64,000 bases of DNA from Eledone cirrhosa (Eukaryota). The notes beneath the pieces are model-generated. The model made no database searches. It saw nothing but the letters and a program-made list of their open reading frames with translations, and was not told where the DNA came from. The position numbers and the translations under genes were made by a program. This document shows, piece after piece, positions 31,597 through 45,460 of this stretch. The stretch's first letter is position 1; each line of letters begins with the position of its first letter. Location: assembly GCA_964016885.1 (NCBI GenBank), contig OZ024743.1, forward strand, positions 228,222,001 through 228,286,000. Reading direction: 5' to 3'.

Positions 31597-31962
31597 ATAT
31601 ATATATACATATGTATATATATACATATATGTGTGTGTGTGTATGTGTGTGCATGTGTGTATGTGTGTGTGTGTTTGTTGTTGTTGTTGAAGCATTTTAT
31701 TTAGTAGTTACTGCAAAAGTGACAAGATTGTTGAACCAGTAAGACATAAACATTATTATTATTATTTATATATCATTATTATTATCCTTAATATTATTAT
31801 GATCATTATTTATTATTATATGCTCAGGTATGTAAGTTTCAATAGCTATAAATAATAAAAAACATTATATATTATTACATTGTAGACTCACAAAACATAA
31901 CACAGCAGACACCTTAATGCTATACACAGCTCACACATTTTTTATTTGTGAGTGTTATGTTA

Positions 31963-32137
31963 TGTAGCTGTGTTGCTTTTGTGTAGTAAACTACTTCCAA
32001 AAATATAAAACTAATATTAAGAACAGCTATGGTATTTCTATCATGATGAAGATAGAGATCACATATACCATTGCTGTTCTTAATATTAGTTTAATATTTT
32101 TGGAAGTAGTTTATAACACAAAAGCAACACAGCTACA
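31963..32137. repeat. Inverted repeat with 73-bp arms and a 29-nt structured loop
   Basis: 31963-32035 pairs with 32065-32137 with about four mismatches. The loop holds the inner hairpin TCTATC-atgatgaa-GATAGA. Confidence 0.9.
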
Positions 32138-34392
32138 ATATAAATATATATATATATATATTTGCTTTACCATCTTTGTTTGTTTACAGTCTCGCTCGTT
32201 CCCAACGACTTTCTTTAGCCGTTGCTCGCATCAACCGGAGGTTTTTAAAGCGATGAAATACCAATGAAGGTTGGAAGATCACTGATGAAGGACTAACTTT
32301 ATTCATATATATATATATATTTTTGTATTTCCTTTGAGATCCTGTCTCTAATTGTGTACTCCTGAAGAAGAGTTAAAACCTGACATGTTGAACTTCCTTT
32401 CCACTTTTCCATATAAAGTGTGAAACTAATAAGACTTTTTGTACCTCTGTTTGTTGTCTCCTTATATAGTCATTGTTATCATCATGGATGTGTGCGTTTA
32501 TAACACCATTAAAATCCAAAGCTGTGGTCAACCCATGGTTATCATAGAAGACATCTACCTGTAACTGCATGTATTCAGTCTCCTCAGCTGAACATGACTA
32601 CTAGCAACACCAATGTAACCTCATTAAACTCTGGTCTTATTAATATAACATTTTAAATATAGAACATATATATATGTGCACCCATGAAGTTGATGCTACT
32701 ACTGTCTCTGTTGAGACTATTATTGTCTATATGTCTCCATAGAGAATGCCAAATTTTATTTCCAGTTTGGCAACAAAATGTCTTCTGTCACCAGAAAAAC
32801 TCTCTTACTCATATTCACAGAGTCATTAGTGATCAGCAATAAATACTTTTTATTCAATATAAACCTGTAATAGAAATCAAGAATATTTTATGATACTTTC
32901 AATCTGAGCACAAATGGACAGAAAATCTTATGTAATTCTATATAGTAGAAATGATTTTGAAAACGACAAGTTCAAACTAGAAATTGTATTAAGATATAAT
33001 TTTATTCTATATTATATTAATCACTTTTTCCGCTTTTAGAAATTTGTTTTCAAAATCCAAATTTCAGAAACCTTTCTAATTTGAAGAATTGAATATATTC
33101 TTTCATATCAGGCTTTTTCAAACTGTATACATATTAAAACCAGAAGTAATACTAACTATCTCTGTCTGAGGTAAAGGATTTTGCAATGAATTAGTTAAAC
33201 ATTGAGAATAGAAATGAATTAGAAATAACCTTTTTGAACCATTTTTCTCTTCATAAATGTATAGACATTGGAACTTAATCTGTCTATACAATGAGGTGGA
33301 TAATAAAGTAATGAATGTGATTAATCTACAGTAATAGAACAACTTACTGAGACTTTTCAACAGTTGAATAATTCTCAGGTTTTGAAATAGATATTTTGGT
33401 ATATTCTTTAACTGTTTCTCGTCATTAGACTACAGTCATGCTGGGACACAACTTTAACCATTCCCTGACTGTATATCTAATGAAACACGATCTATTTCAA
33501 TTAACTATTGAAGAAGTTTGAGGAATTTACTAAAATTATTAATTATTTCATTATTAAGATAGCAACTTTACATACCGTGCTTATATAAAATTAATGTTGG
33601 GAGATTTTAATTTAAATAGGAACCCATTAAAATGGGGGTTTTGTTTCATAGAACCACAGCTGGTTTTGACTTGACTGGTATTTTTTTTACCTCTTCTAGG
33701 TTCTTGCCACAAGGCAAATCATCAGCGCTTCAGTGAATTACTTCAAGTCATGTTCCAAAGACCAGCTTAATAATGTGAAAGTTACTAAATCTTTCCAAAT
33801 TCTTGATTCTTTTCAAAATGATTTGAAAAGCCATATGCAGTGTCTTTCATTTAGAGTATGGTATTGAAGGTTTAAAAAGGTATCAGCCAAAATTTCCAAC
33901 CCACAATGAAGATTACTCACATCCACATGCTTACACACAATGTACTTATGTAAAATAACTATATTACAGATGTTAATAGATTGCAAACTATACATGTGAG
34001 TATACCTGCTGTTGAATGTATGTTGTAAGTATACATACATATATGTACATTTGTATGCATGCATCAGTTGCATTAATAACTACAAATTGTTTATTTATAA
34101 ATTACTATGTTGGTAGGTATGTGATATTTGTTGGTTCCCAATTTATTTAGAAGATATTACATTAATTGGCAAAATTGGAAATATAATATTTATGGAATGG
34201 GAATTCATTCAGCTAGAAATTAAATATTGCAAGTAATTCTTTTTAAAATTCTAAAAATAAAATAAAAAGAATAAAAAAAGGCAAAAATAAAAATAGTGTT
34301 GTAGGCTGCTATTTAATCAGTAATCATTTTGGAAATAACATTTGATATATATATATATATATATATACTGTGTATATGTGTGCACATGTAAA

Positions 34393-34443
<51 letters not shown>

Positions 34444-36225
34444 GAATATGATATCTGCTATGCTGCAATATATTTCATGCCAGTGTGCAAAGCGGATGTA
34501 AAATGATGATGATGTTCATGATGATATATCTCTTAGAGCTAAACTGTTCAAAGACAACTAATGGGAAAATGATTTCCATCTAATAGCAAAATGTTAATTT
34601 ACTAAAAATGAATATTGGAATACTATAGATGTGTAAAGTAAAATATTTGATAGCCAGGAAGAAAAATACAATGGGAGGAAACTAGACATTAACCCCTCTT
34701 AACAAAAATCACCATATTTCAAAAGGCATAATGAAAATATAGTATCTTAATTTTTACTAGCTTCAGTTATTAGATTGGAACTATGTTGGCATATCACCTT
34801 GAATTGGTTGCACATATGATACCTGGGGATTTTTTTTTCAAGGCTGGTATTTATTTCATCAATCTTTTTATTTGTTGACAGCTAAGTTATAGGCTATAAG
34901 TACATAAAGACACAAACACAATCACAAACACAAAAATACACACCTATATACAAACACATGTATACACGATAGGCGTCTGCAATTTCATTCTACCAAATTC
35001 CCTTAATAAGACATTGGTCAACTCAAGGCTATAGTAGAAAACATTTGTTCAAAGGGTTGCTCAGTGGAACAAAACCCAGAATTACATGGTTGTGAAGCAA
35101 ACTCCTTGACTCCACAACCTTGTGTAATAGTGTCATTGCATAATAACAGAAGACCCCTTGGAAATACATATAAGAGCAGATTACCTAATAAACTGAATTA
35201 CTCATTGTATATATACTCTTCTATGTTTATTGTAAATAAACATAACATATATGCCTTCATATATTTTACACATGCATACATATATCATCATCATCATCAT
35301 CTTCGTTTAACGTCCATTTTCCACGCTAGCATGGGTTAGACAGGTATAATTAATACAAATGGAAAACCAATGTTGTTATTCACATTCGATCTTTAATTTT
35401 TACAATTGTTTCTATGGAGATAAATGTGGCGCCTGTAGAAAGAATCTATCAATTAATCAGTCAACCAATTGATAATTAATAATTTAAGTGGCACTCAAAC
35501 ATATTTCCATATTTCGTCAGGAAAAAAATAGATATATTTAGTTACTTAACACATCAAGAAAAAATAAAGGCAACCTTTTGAAAAGTGAGCAGAACATGTG
35601 GGAAATATGGAGCAAGTAATTTGTGTAATTAAAGACTAGTGTATTAATATAAGCATTATAGGCCAAGTTGTCTTGTAAGAAAGCACAGTGTTAGACGAGG
35701 GTGGGCACAGATTTGAAATCACAGTGAATAGATAAATATATCTAAATTATGTGTAAACATGAACATTCTGGTGTACTGCTTTAATTCATCGAACATTTTT
35801 TACTCACACAGAATAAATAAAGAAGAACGCTACTAAAGTCACTTTCAGCATACAACTGCAGGTATGTGTAAAGCAAAACTGTTGTTATATTGTCAACTGG
35901 TGTTGGTAACATGAAACATCAGTGACCAGTCAAATATATATCTTTGTGTAGTAAAGTCAGATAACATGACTGTTGCTTATGTCAACTCTCACTGTGATAA
36001 TAAGTCATATAAAACTTTGCAGATATGATAATATCCATGATAAACGTAAACAATTAAACGTCAGGGGGCCTAAGAAGGTATATAATGAAATCAAAGGAGG
36101 TAGTCACCATAAGACAGTTATTGTACTACAATAATTAACTTACATGAAGGAATTTAACTATTTTTTAAAGTCTAATTAATACATTCTTAATGAATATGTC
36201 ACAAAGAACAGCCAGTAATACTCGC

Positions 36226-36289
36226 CAAATAGGTCATTCCACCGTACAGGGCTCCATCCTCAATCACGAGGCAGAAGAAAGCTGCAGTC
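36226..36289 (-). other. Candidate 64-nt exon with a GC donor
   Basis: Acceptor CCTGTGTCCTCCTTTATCCCAG, donor TTG|GCGAGT, one open frame (TAAFFCLVIEDGALYGGMTYL), GC content above background. No protein recognised. Confidence 0.3.
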
Positions 36290-39013
36290 CTGGGATAAAG
36301 GAGGACACAGGAATTCACTGTACTCAGCTTCCTTTAAAAGCAGCTTCTGGTCAGCAGTTCCTTGACTGATGTCAGTGAGCTAAGTTCGACTTTGCAAGAA
36401 CTGTGTTATAAACATATGTTATAATTTTGATCTTTTGATTGTTATTCTTAGTATATAATATTCTGGGAAGAGAGTAATTATAGCAGAATGTCTGTGGGAA
36501 AAATCATTTAAATAAAAGGAGTCCTTGGAAGAGAAAAAGTTAGGAACTATTGCTGCAGGTGAACTCAAATCTTGCAAATGTATATAGAAAGTGGCAAAGT
36601 TTTATGCAGAACAGAAGGTTAGAGAGAGATAGAGAGAGGTTTACCACTTGCAATTGGGGAGGTGTTGTGCAGCTATATTATGATGATAATAGATGGACAG
36701 CAAGTGTCTATTAGCAAGAGAAAATATGGAAGATCAGACAAAAGGACAATGTCGGATATTATTTAAATTGTATTCCTAGTCACAGCTTGATCTGTAATTA
36801 ATTGTAGTCAAGTCTGTGTTAATGAAGTATGAAGACAACCAGTTACCGAAACTAAACAGATACTGGAAACAAAAGATTTAATTAATATCAGAGAAATTAC
36901 AACTTAAAATTTTGAAAAAAAAATATAATGAAAAATGCAATAAAATAAAAATGAAATGAAGTAAAGTAAAATAAAAGGACAGAGAGCTTTTGTTTCAGAT
37001 TATAAAATGGCATTGGGTAGGAAGATGCTGCTGTTTACATCATTGTTGAATGCATGATGTCTATTCTACATCATGCAAACATTACTGAAACAAACCAACT
37101 TCCATTAATGCCAATCTCTTGTGAAGACAGTAGTCTGAAAAAAGCAGCACAGTTATTTAATTGCCAACTAAAAAAAATAGCCAGAAATAAGATAGTGGCT
37201 GGTATCTGTCTGGTTTTTTGAATAAAGAATTAAATAGCCCACTTTCTCATGTGTCTGACCAACAAAAGTAGGAACATTACTGCACAGATCTGCTAATTTT
37301 TAGATCTCCTCCTTACCAAGTTCACTTCACAACTATAAGGTTTTGGGTTCACTCCTGCTGTGGGCAAGTGTTTTCTGTAGCCTTGCATTGAAGAATACAT
37401 TGTGAGTGAAATTTGGGAGATAGAAACTGCATAAGCATGTCAAGTGTGTGAGTGTGAGTGTGTGTGTGTGTGTGTATATATATATGAGATGTAACATCAT
37501 AGGGGGCCAGCTAAACCTACATAGGTGTGAGCAGTAATAGCAACAACTTATGGTCAATGCAACCTTCCCTACCCTTTTCAACAAAGATTAACTGAATATT
37601 GATCAACTTTGCTTTTAATCCCATCACCAACATTTTACATCGGCTTATCTTGCTGGTGTAGGTTGGATGGGTCATCAAAGTTTGATATTAGACATGTTAA
37701 TAAAAGCACATCTTGCTTATGCAATCCATATTTTGGTAGAGTTTCTATGGTTGGATGCCTTTCTAACACCAAGTACTTTACAGCGTATACTGGGTGCATT
37801 TTATTGAGGCACCAGTACTAACTCTATATAGAGTGTACAGGCCGTGTTTTATCATGGCACCAGCATTATCATTTTGCAGAGTGTACTGGGTGCATTTTAT
37901 TAAGACACCAACATAACAGCGGTTGGTAAGTCATTGACAGTACTAGAAAAATAAAAAATACCAGTAATACACTGAAATTGAATCCATCTAATATATCAAT
38001 CTTGTATTGGTGAATCTCATTTCTTTATTCATCCTATCTAACTGAATAAAGAAAGGATAGGTTGGTCTTTCTCTCCCACCTACCTACACCAAGGGAAAAA
38101 AAAAAAAAAAAATCGAAATTCACGTTTCACACATCATTTGAAATAAACTGCCTTTCCACAGAGGACTTTGGTCCAGTTGTAAAAGAATTATTGCCTTCCG
38201 ACAACAACAAAAAGAAAAGAAAAATGCAGAAAAAGTTTTGTTTTTTCTTGTGAAAAGAAACACAGCAGTAGAAGGTTTGTTGCAACATGACATAAAAATA
38301 TACATGAATGAATGGAACAGAAAAGAGTTTCAGAAAAACAGAAAAATAAGAGTGCCTGCAAATGAAAGAAATGGTTGTTTTTATTATCTTCATCATAAAT
38401 TTTACCACAGCAGCCATTGAAGCAGCTAGCTCTAACATCATTATCATCATCGTGAAGAACAGTATCATCATCATCATCATCAACAGCAACATTATTGATG
38501 TTTCTTCAAAATCCCAATCAACATCGTCATCATCATCATCATAATGACTATCAACAATGTGACCATCATCATCACCATCAACATCAGTGTTGTCATCAAT
38601 ATCATTATATGGTTATCACTAAGCGCTCTGCTTCAATTATTATCATTGTTGTTGTTGTTGTTGTTGAATCTTTCATCTTTCTAAGTGATGAAAAACTCCA
38701 ATGTTATCGCGTACTGTTATCACTGATGTCATAATCAACAAAAGTCGAAGAACACAAGAGTCAAGTGTCAAGATATGAAACAACTATTGACATGTTTTGG
38801 GAGGTGTGGCAGGGAAAAATTACACATCTATCAAATTCTACTTAAAATGAAAAGGATGAAATGAGAGAAGAACCTTATTTCATCTCTATATAGATTCATG
38901 TACAGTGGAGTTTGGCAATATATGAGTATATTGTAATGTGGGATGATCTGTGTGAATGTGTATGTATGCAAGTGTACACACATATATATATATACATAAG
39001 TATATATGTGTGT

Positions 39014-39071
<58 letters not shown>

Positions 39072-39199
39072 ACATAGATTCATGTACATTGGAGTTTATC
39101 AATATGTGAGTATATTTCAGTAAAGGAGAAATTGTGTGCATGTGAGTGTACATGTTTGTAAATGTTCATGTGTAAGTGTGTATACATATATATATATGA

Positions 39200-39239
<40 letters not shown>

Positions 39240-39949
39240 TTATATAAGGAGCATGTAAGTGAACATGTGTGTAATTGTTAGTGTTGCATATACAGATGGT
39301 AGTGTGTGTGCATTTGTATGTGTATATGTTAGCGAGTATATATGTACATGTTAGAAAGTGTATATGTTATGTTGGTTAGTGTGCACATCTGGATGAATAG
39401 ATAAATATAGGAAGGAGAGAATACAGAAATCTTATTTAAAGGGAACAAAAGAGACAATTGTTTCCATAGTGGTGATTGTTCTGATTTCACCTTCAATATA
39501 AGCTAAAGGTATAAATAAAGCTCTTTCTCCCTCTCTGACACTCTATTTAACACATGGCTGAAGTAAAGGGAACTATTCAAGCTATTACCTGACCTGCCAG
39601 AAATAGCAGCCAAATTATATGTATAATAGCACACTATTATCTTAACTCTTAATATCCTGTAATGATTTAGCAGAAAATATCTAAAAGTATATGAGTTAAT
39701 TTGAATGTTTAAAGAATCTTTACTAGGGGACAGATTGCTGGGAAATTTGCAATAATAAAGTAAAGACTTTAATTTTTAATGTGATACAGTCAAGAATTTA
39801 TAGCTAATATTTTTTATATGGAATAGCTAATCAAATTTTTTTTAAATATTAAGGGAGCATTTTAAAGTCAACTATTTGATCTTATTAGATCTCCTCAATG
39901 AAGTATATTCACCTCTGTTAGCAAGATTTAGAAGTGATCAGCATATATA

Positions 39950-40320
39950 TATATAATCCTGATTGGAATCATAGTCCCATGGGAAGAAGGGTGTGGCAAC
40001 ACCTTGTGTAGGAGTGTAGGGAGAAAGGTTGATAGACATGGCTATTTACAGTCGAGGTGGGCTGTAGAGGATTCCCAGCTCACTTGCTATGGAGAGTGCT
40101 CACAGCCATTGGAATGACAGGAAGAGAGAAGAAGGCTGCAGTTCGCAGGATGGGGGAGGCAGCAGGAAGACAAGAAGAGATAAACTGGGAAGCCAGAAGG
40201 TGAAGATGAGCAGTAAATTGGCCACCTCTGCTGACCCACCAGCAAGAGGGTGTTACAGTTGAGGGTCAAAACATCCAATGAAATTTGGACATCTGATGAC
40301 GACAACACCTCCTGGACAAG
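39950..40320 (+). mobile_element. Hero-clade (RLE) LINE 3' fragment
   Basis: ILIGIIVPWEEGC...ECREKG**TWLFTVEVGCRGFPAHLLWRVLTAIGMTGRERR...MGEAA matches the VPWEE / VEVGCRGF signature of Hero restriction-like endonucleases. 3' UTR follows. Confidence 0.8.
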
Positions 40321-40985
40321 TTTATGTTCACTGAAGGTGAATGAATATGAACATCATCTTGAAGATGTAATTATACCTATATAGGAAATGTAATATACAA
40401 ATCAAGAACTGGTGATTGATTCAATCAACTTTGCCCTCCCCGCAAATTGCTGGTCTTTGAAATCCATATCAACACTACAGCTGAGAGAAAATATCGAAGA
40501 GAAGAGCTTCACATAGTGAGTGTATATACAGTAGGCTATCTTATATGTAATATAGTATATTGAAAAACTTTGATTAACTGAAATTACTACTCTTGCTATT
40601 AGAAAACAAATATTCAGTTTTTCACTTCACTTATATTACACATGTGTATGTATTTAAAATGTATAATATTCCTCCAGCTCTAGTGTTGATATCAAATGAT
40701 CACTTGATCTACATGATAAGACAAGATAAGCAGATCTTTATTTTAATAAAGGCTTCTCATAGTCAATATAAAATGACCTAATGATCTAGAAGATAGTGAG
40801 ATCTTTGTTCAGATAGATATCACACATGCAATAGAAAATAGCCTAATAATCTACAAGATAATGAGAACTTTTTTAAAACAAGATATCACACAATTGCTAT
40901 AAAATAACTATTTGATCTACAAGATAAAAAAGATAACCATATCAGTCCTTTAAGACATTGCATATCTGTATCACTAAACTAACAT

Positions 40986-41097
40986 TGAGTTCAAATCCCG
41001 CTGAGGTTGACTTTGCCTTTCATCCTTACGGGGTCGATAAAATAAAGTACTAGTAATGCACTGGGTAATTGCTGGCCTTGTGCTTAAAGTAGAAACA
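40986..41097 (+). mobile_element. Nin/Deu-core SINE, 5'-truncated
   Basis: Near-identical to 19829-19939. Confidence 0.8.
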
Positions 41098-41939
41098 ATT
41101 ATATGTGTATGTGTGGGTGAGTCTGAATGTGTATATGTATGTTTATATTTATGTCTTTGTATGTATATTTATGCATATGTATGTGTAAGTGTATGTATAT
41201 GAATATGAATGTCTTATGCTTTCATTTAACCCTTTATATATTTTCTCAATGAAGCAAGTTTCATATATGTTTTTTGTGTATGTGAATAAAAGAGAGTGTC
41301 TTGTAGAAATGGTTTAACAAATACTTTCATTCTAGTTCATTTTATTTCACCTGTATAGTTATTATATCAAATTACATTCTTATTTATTTCATAGCAACTC
41401 AAGGACAAATAATTTCATTTAAATTCATTTTCTTGATTTTGTCATATTTTGAGAATTCCCACAAGTACAAAATCAATTTGTCCGTGAACACACTTCAGAG
41501 AAAACATGCAATATCAATTTGAAGAATATACTTTGTGAACCCTCAAGATTCTGAAAAATACCATTTGTGTAGGAAAGTGTTTCTCAATATTTTTGTCCCA
41601 TGCTCCACTTCTATTTTACAAACAAATGTGTGTCCCATGATAATCAGATGAAGTTAGTATGTAGTATAGTATACAAGCCCCATGCCTCACGGTAGGGCGT
41701 GCAACTCTCCTTACTTGGGTAACATTGGTGTATGGTTTTATTAGATAAATTTAACCTGAAAACTCTGGAGGCATAACAATGGTAAACAATCATAGAATGA
41801 AGTAGATTTAGAAATGGGTTTTTATGTGTCTGAGGATAAATTCGTTGAGAGAAATGAATGAAACCTGTGAATTTTTAAACTGTTCATGCATATCAAATTT
41901 GAGATCTGTTCAATATTGCTGCTTTGTGAAATATCAGAT

Positions 41940-42130
41940 CACCATGCTCATCTCATTTCCATTGTTCCATGCTTAGATAGGTTAGATGAGTTTTTCCACC
42001 ATAGGTTCCTCCTCTTATTTCATTCTTTCATCATCTCCTCTGTGAAATCCAGCATTTTGAGATCAGCTCTCATCACTTCTGCCCAGGTTTTCTTCAATCT
42101 TCCTCTAGTGAAGTTTCATCCCTTCCATTA
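41940..42130 (-). mobile_element. Decayed RTE 3' fragment
   Basis: The reverse complement reads RGRLKKTWAEVMRADLKMLDFTEEMMKE, followed by an RTE-type tail. Confidence 0.7.
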
Positions 42131-43648
42131 GTAACTAATTGAGATTTTTCAAAATCGCAAGTTGTCCATGACAAGAAACTATTATCTCTATCATCCTAAT
42201 TTTTTTCTTTTTTTGTCTTTTAAGATCAAGCACAATGATCCTGATCCACACAACTCTACATTTTCATTAAAATCTGCAAAATCGTTTGGTGCTACATAGA
42301 GTGGGTAGCAGAGGGTTCCATTGTTTGATTTACAGTGCTCCAACAGTGTTCCATTGCCTGGCTTGCTTCTCAAGATTCACAGTCAGTTCTGTAGCTCAAA
42401 TCTGACCAATGTTGTCAATGTTATAGTTGTTTAATCCCAACTTGGCACTGATACAAAAGTCCTATGATCAAAGCTGTTCCAATGGTGACCATGATGTGTT
42501 TTATTCAGACTTAATTTTGTCATTCTTTTTCTTGTTTCTTTCAAGCAAGTACAGTGGTCACATAACAGCCCTCCACTACTCTACATAGGTCTTTCCATTT
42601 TCATTAAAGTCTGCGAGGACTTTTGAGTGGCATAGGTGGGATAGAAGAGAGTAGTTAAGACAGTGTTCAAGAGTCTGCTTTGCTGCCATACATTCGTAGA
42701 TGGCGAAACTAATCTTGTATTCCCACCTAACAAAAGCAGTTTTTGATCACCCAAATTTTTATTGTGACACCAGTGTTAAAGGATTATCATGTATCGGGTA
42801 AGATTGAAGAGTTCTTTCTAGCCTTACATTATTACAGAGTTTACTAAATGTATTTATTGTAGCACTAACATTAGAGTTGTTAGCAAGCCTTCAACATGAT
42901 AAAAGGAGTCCTATCTACACACACACACATACATATCCTATATTATCATTTTTTTTAAATTCATCACTCATCATTTATCAGCATTATCAACAAAGTTAAC
43001 ATCTGTCATCAAAAGTAACAGAAGGTACACTCATTAATGTATGACTATATGATTGATAAAGTAACCAAATCTTTTTATTTAAGAAAGTCACCACAAAACA
43101 GTCAAGAAAATTGTGGTACAAAAATAATTTTAGGGCCTCTTTTTCTTAAATGAACTGCAAAATGTCACAGGTTCATGATCAAATTTGGAATATTTTTTTC
43201 TATAAACATTCAATTAAAATTTGAAATGAAATTGAAAATGGAAATTTGAATTTGAATACACGAACAATTTTGTTTTGATATATTTTCTGTATTTTTTTTT
43301 CTTTTTTTTTTTTGCTTTATACAAGTTTGATTTTCAGTTTTAATATTTTAACCACCCCTTTAATTTCGGTGAACGAAAACAACTGAAATAGTATTAACAT
43401 AAAAATTAAATCGATAAATAATAAATAAAATTAAATAAAAATCAACACAAAAAACATTGAATTGTAATTCTCTGGTTATAACTTACGACTGACAAGAATT
43501 ACACTACACTGATCTTTTTACTGATAGTATTACGCTAGTCATGTGGAAATATAAGTGTATGTGTGCATATAAATATATGTGTGTATATATGTACATATTT
43601 GTGTATATTGTCTTCGACCAGTATCGTAAACTCGGATTATATACATAC

Positions 43649-43724
<76 letters not shown>

Positions 43725-43916
43725 GTTATACATATGCAGCAACAGTGACTTTAATTCCACTTACAATATATATATAAATTTAAAATTCTCGAGGTTAACA
43801 AGCACTATAAAATATTAAAATATTAGATTGTATGTATTTTGGATATCATCCATTCAAAATATATTTTGTAGCCTCTAATAATGATGATAAATAAAATACA
43901 ATGCTTTTTAATCCTT

Positions 43917-43953
<37 letters not shown>

Positions 43954-44115
43954 ATGTGTGCGTGTATGTGTGTGTGTGTATGTTTGTGTGTGTGTGTGGA
44001 GGGGATCTGTGTGTGTATCTATTTACTTATAAGATAACTTTATACATACATAAAACAATGGTTTATATTTTTGGTTCACTACAGTTATCTATAAAATATT
44101 GAGAAGAACACTTAC

Positions 44116-44209
44116 CAACCAGCTCTTGGAGAAAGACAAATAAGTTCCAACTAAAAAAATTCAAAGTACTTACCTAAAAAAGAAACAAAGAGGAAAGAAA
44201 AGAGAAAAA
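44116..44209 (-). promoter_or_regulatory. Putative recursive splice site (3'ss fused to 5'ss) with a 58-nt RS-exon
   Basis: Minus strand TTTTTCTCTTTTCTTTCCTCTTTGTTTCTTTTTTAG|GTAAGT (junction 44174/44173), then a second donor TTG|GTAAGT at 44116/44115. Confidence 0.6.
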
Positions 44210-44512
44210 TATATGTTAAAGATTTATATAGAACATCAAGATAGAAAATAAATTTTAATGATAAAATAAAAGTCACATCAAAATAGATTTTATCAGTTAA
44301 TGACACTTCATAGATTTATTTCTTTTATTAAGAGTTCTCAACTGAATATATTTCAATTTAGATAGAATCTAATAACTAATTTAGAGTGTATCGTCATCTG
44401 AGTTGATAAAATTCCAGACAAGAAACAAAGGTAGTCAGTTCAATGTCCATTTTACACCACTAGTATGCATGCACATATTGTATATATACATATATATATA
44501 TATATACACACA

Positions 44513-44828
44513 CCGTTTTTACGTCCGTTCTTCCACGCTAGCATGGGTTAGATGGGTTGTCTTGTGGGCAGTGTCTGGTCGGCTGACCTTGTCTTGCTCA
44601 TATGGGAACAGATTCTGGATGCCGTTCCTAACACCAACATCATTTACAGTGAGTGCTGGGTGCTTTTTTGGCGTGGTGCCTACATGTCCACTTTACAGTG
44701 GAATGATAGGGACCCCAGTCCTATCATCTCATTTCTACAGCTGAGTAAACTAGAGCAATGTGAAATAATGTGTCTTGCTCAAGGAAACAACACATCACCT
44801 GGTCCGAGAATTGAACTCACAACCTTTT
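44513..44828 (-). mobile_element. tRNA-head SINE with RTE-derived tail, 5' end truncated/inverted
   Basis: Reverse complement matches 26770-27000. A short fold-back GAGAATTGAACTCACAA...TTGTGAGTTCAATTCTC (44806-44847) replaces the A box. Confidence 0.85.
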
Positions 44829-45079
44829 GATTGTGAGTTCAATTCTCACACATATATATATATATAGTAAGAAGTGCACTAACAGCCAAAGAAGGTCCAA
44901 TAAAATCCAAAAATCGATTAAAGATATTTATCATTTTTCTATTTATGGGTGAATTCATATTTTCTGTCATATTTAAATGCTTACATATTAGATGTGTCAA
45001 TATATTCATCCATGTTGGTACACTCTTGGTTACACACTGTATTTATACAGATATAACTTTTTATATATATAACATGAAT

Positions 45080-45460
45080 GGATCGTTTCCAGTACAGCAT
45101 CTCCTCTGTGAACTTACGTGATTTCATGTTAGCTCTCACATCCTCTGCTCAGGTCTTTCGGGGCCCCCTTCTACTGTAGCTCCATTCTACTGGGTTGATT
45201 TCTAGACATTTCTTCAACCAATGATCATCGTCCATACACATCACATGCATTCCTCTTTTTTGCACAACACAACTGATTCCTCTAATATCCAACTTTCCTA
45301 GCACTTCATCCATGCTTTGTCATTCACAAACATTAGCACTGCACATGTATCAGAGCATCTTTACTTCATTTCTCTTTAGCCTTTGCATATTCTTTGCATT
45401 TATTGCCCATGCCTCACTACAAAGTAATATTGCACCTTACATACAAGCATCATACAGATA
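45080..45460 (-). mobile_element. Decayed RTE C-terminal fragment
   Basis: LYDAC...SEAWAINAKNMQRLKRNEVKML*YMCSANV...LGKLDIRGISC...HVMCMDDDHWLKKC...GPRKT. Confidence 0.8.

Noticed and set aside
32373-32570. 65-aa ORF with normal-looking composition
   Set aside because: No recognisable motif and no convincing splice sites.
40260-40305. Permuted hammerhead in the Hero 3' UTR (..GTCAAAAC...CTGATGACGAC)
   Set aside because: The GAAA box is absent in this copy and I could not form helices I and III.
41680-41795. Possible HDV-like ribozyme or LINE 5' UTR
   Set aside because: GCCTC...GAGGC pairing is visible but I could not build the nested double pseudoknot.
42230-42690. Two related diverged segments resembling a LINE 3' end (Ingi/I-like)
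   Set aside because: Similarity between the two is visible, but they are too decayed to assign a family.
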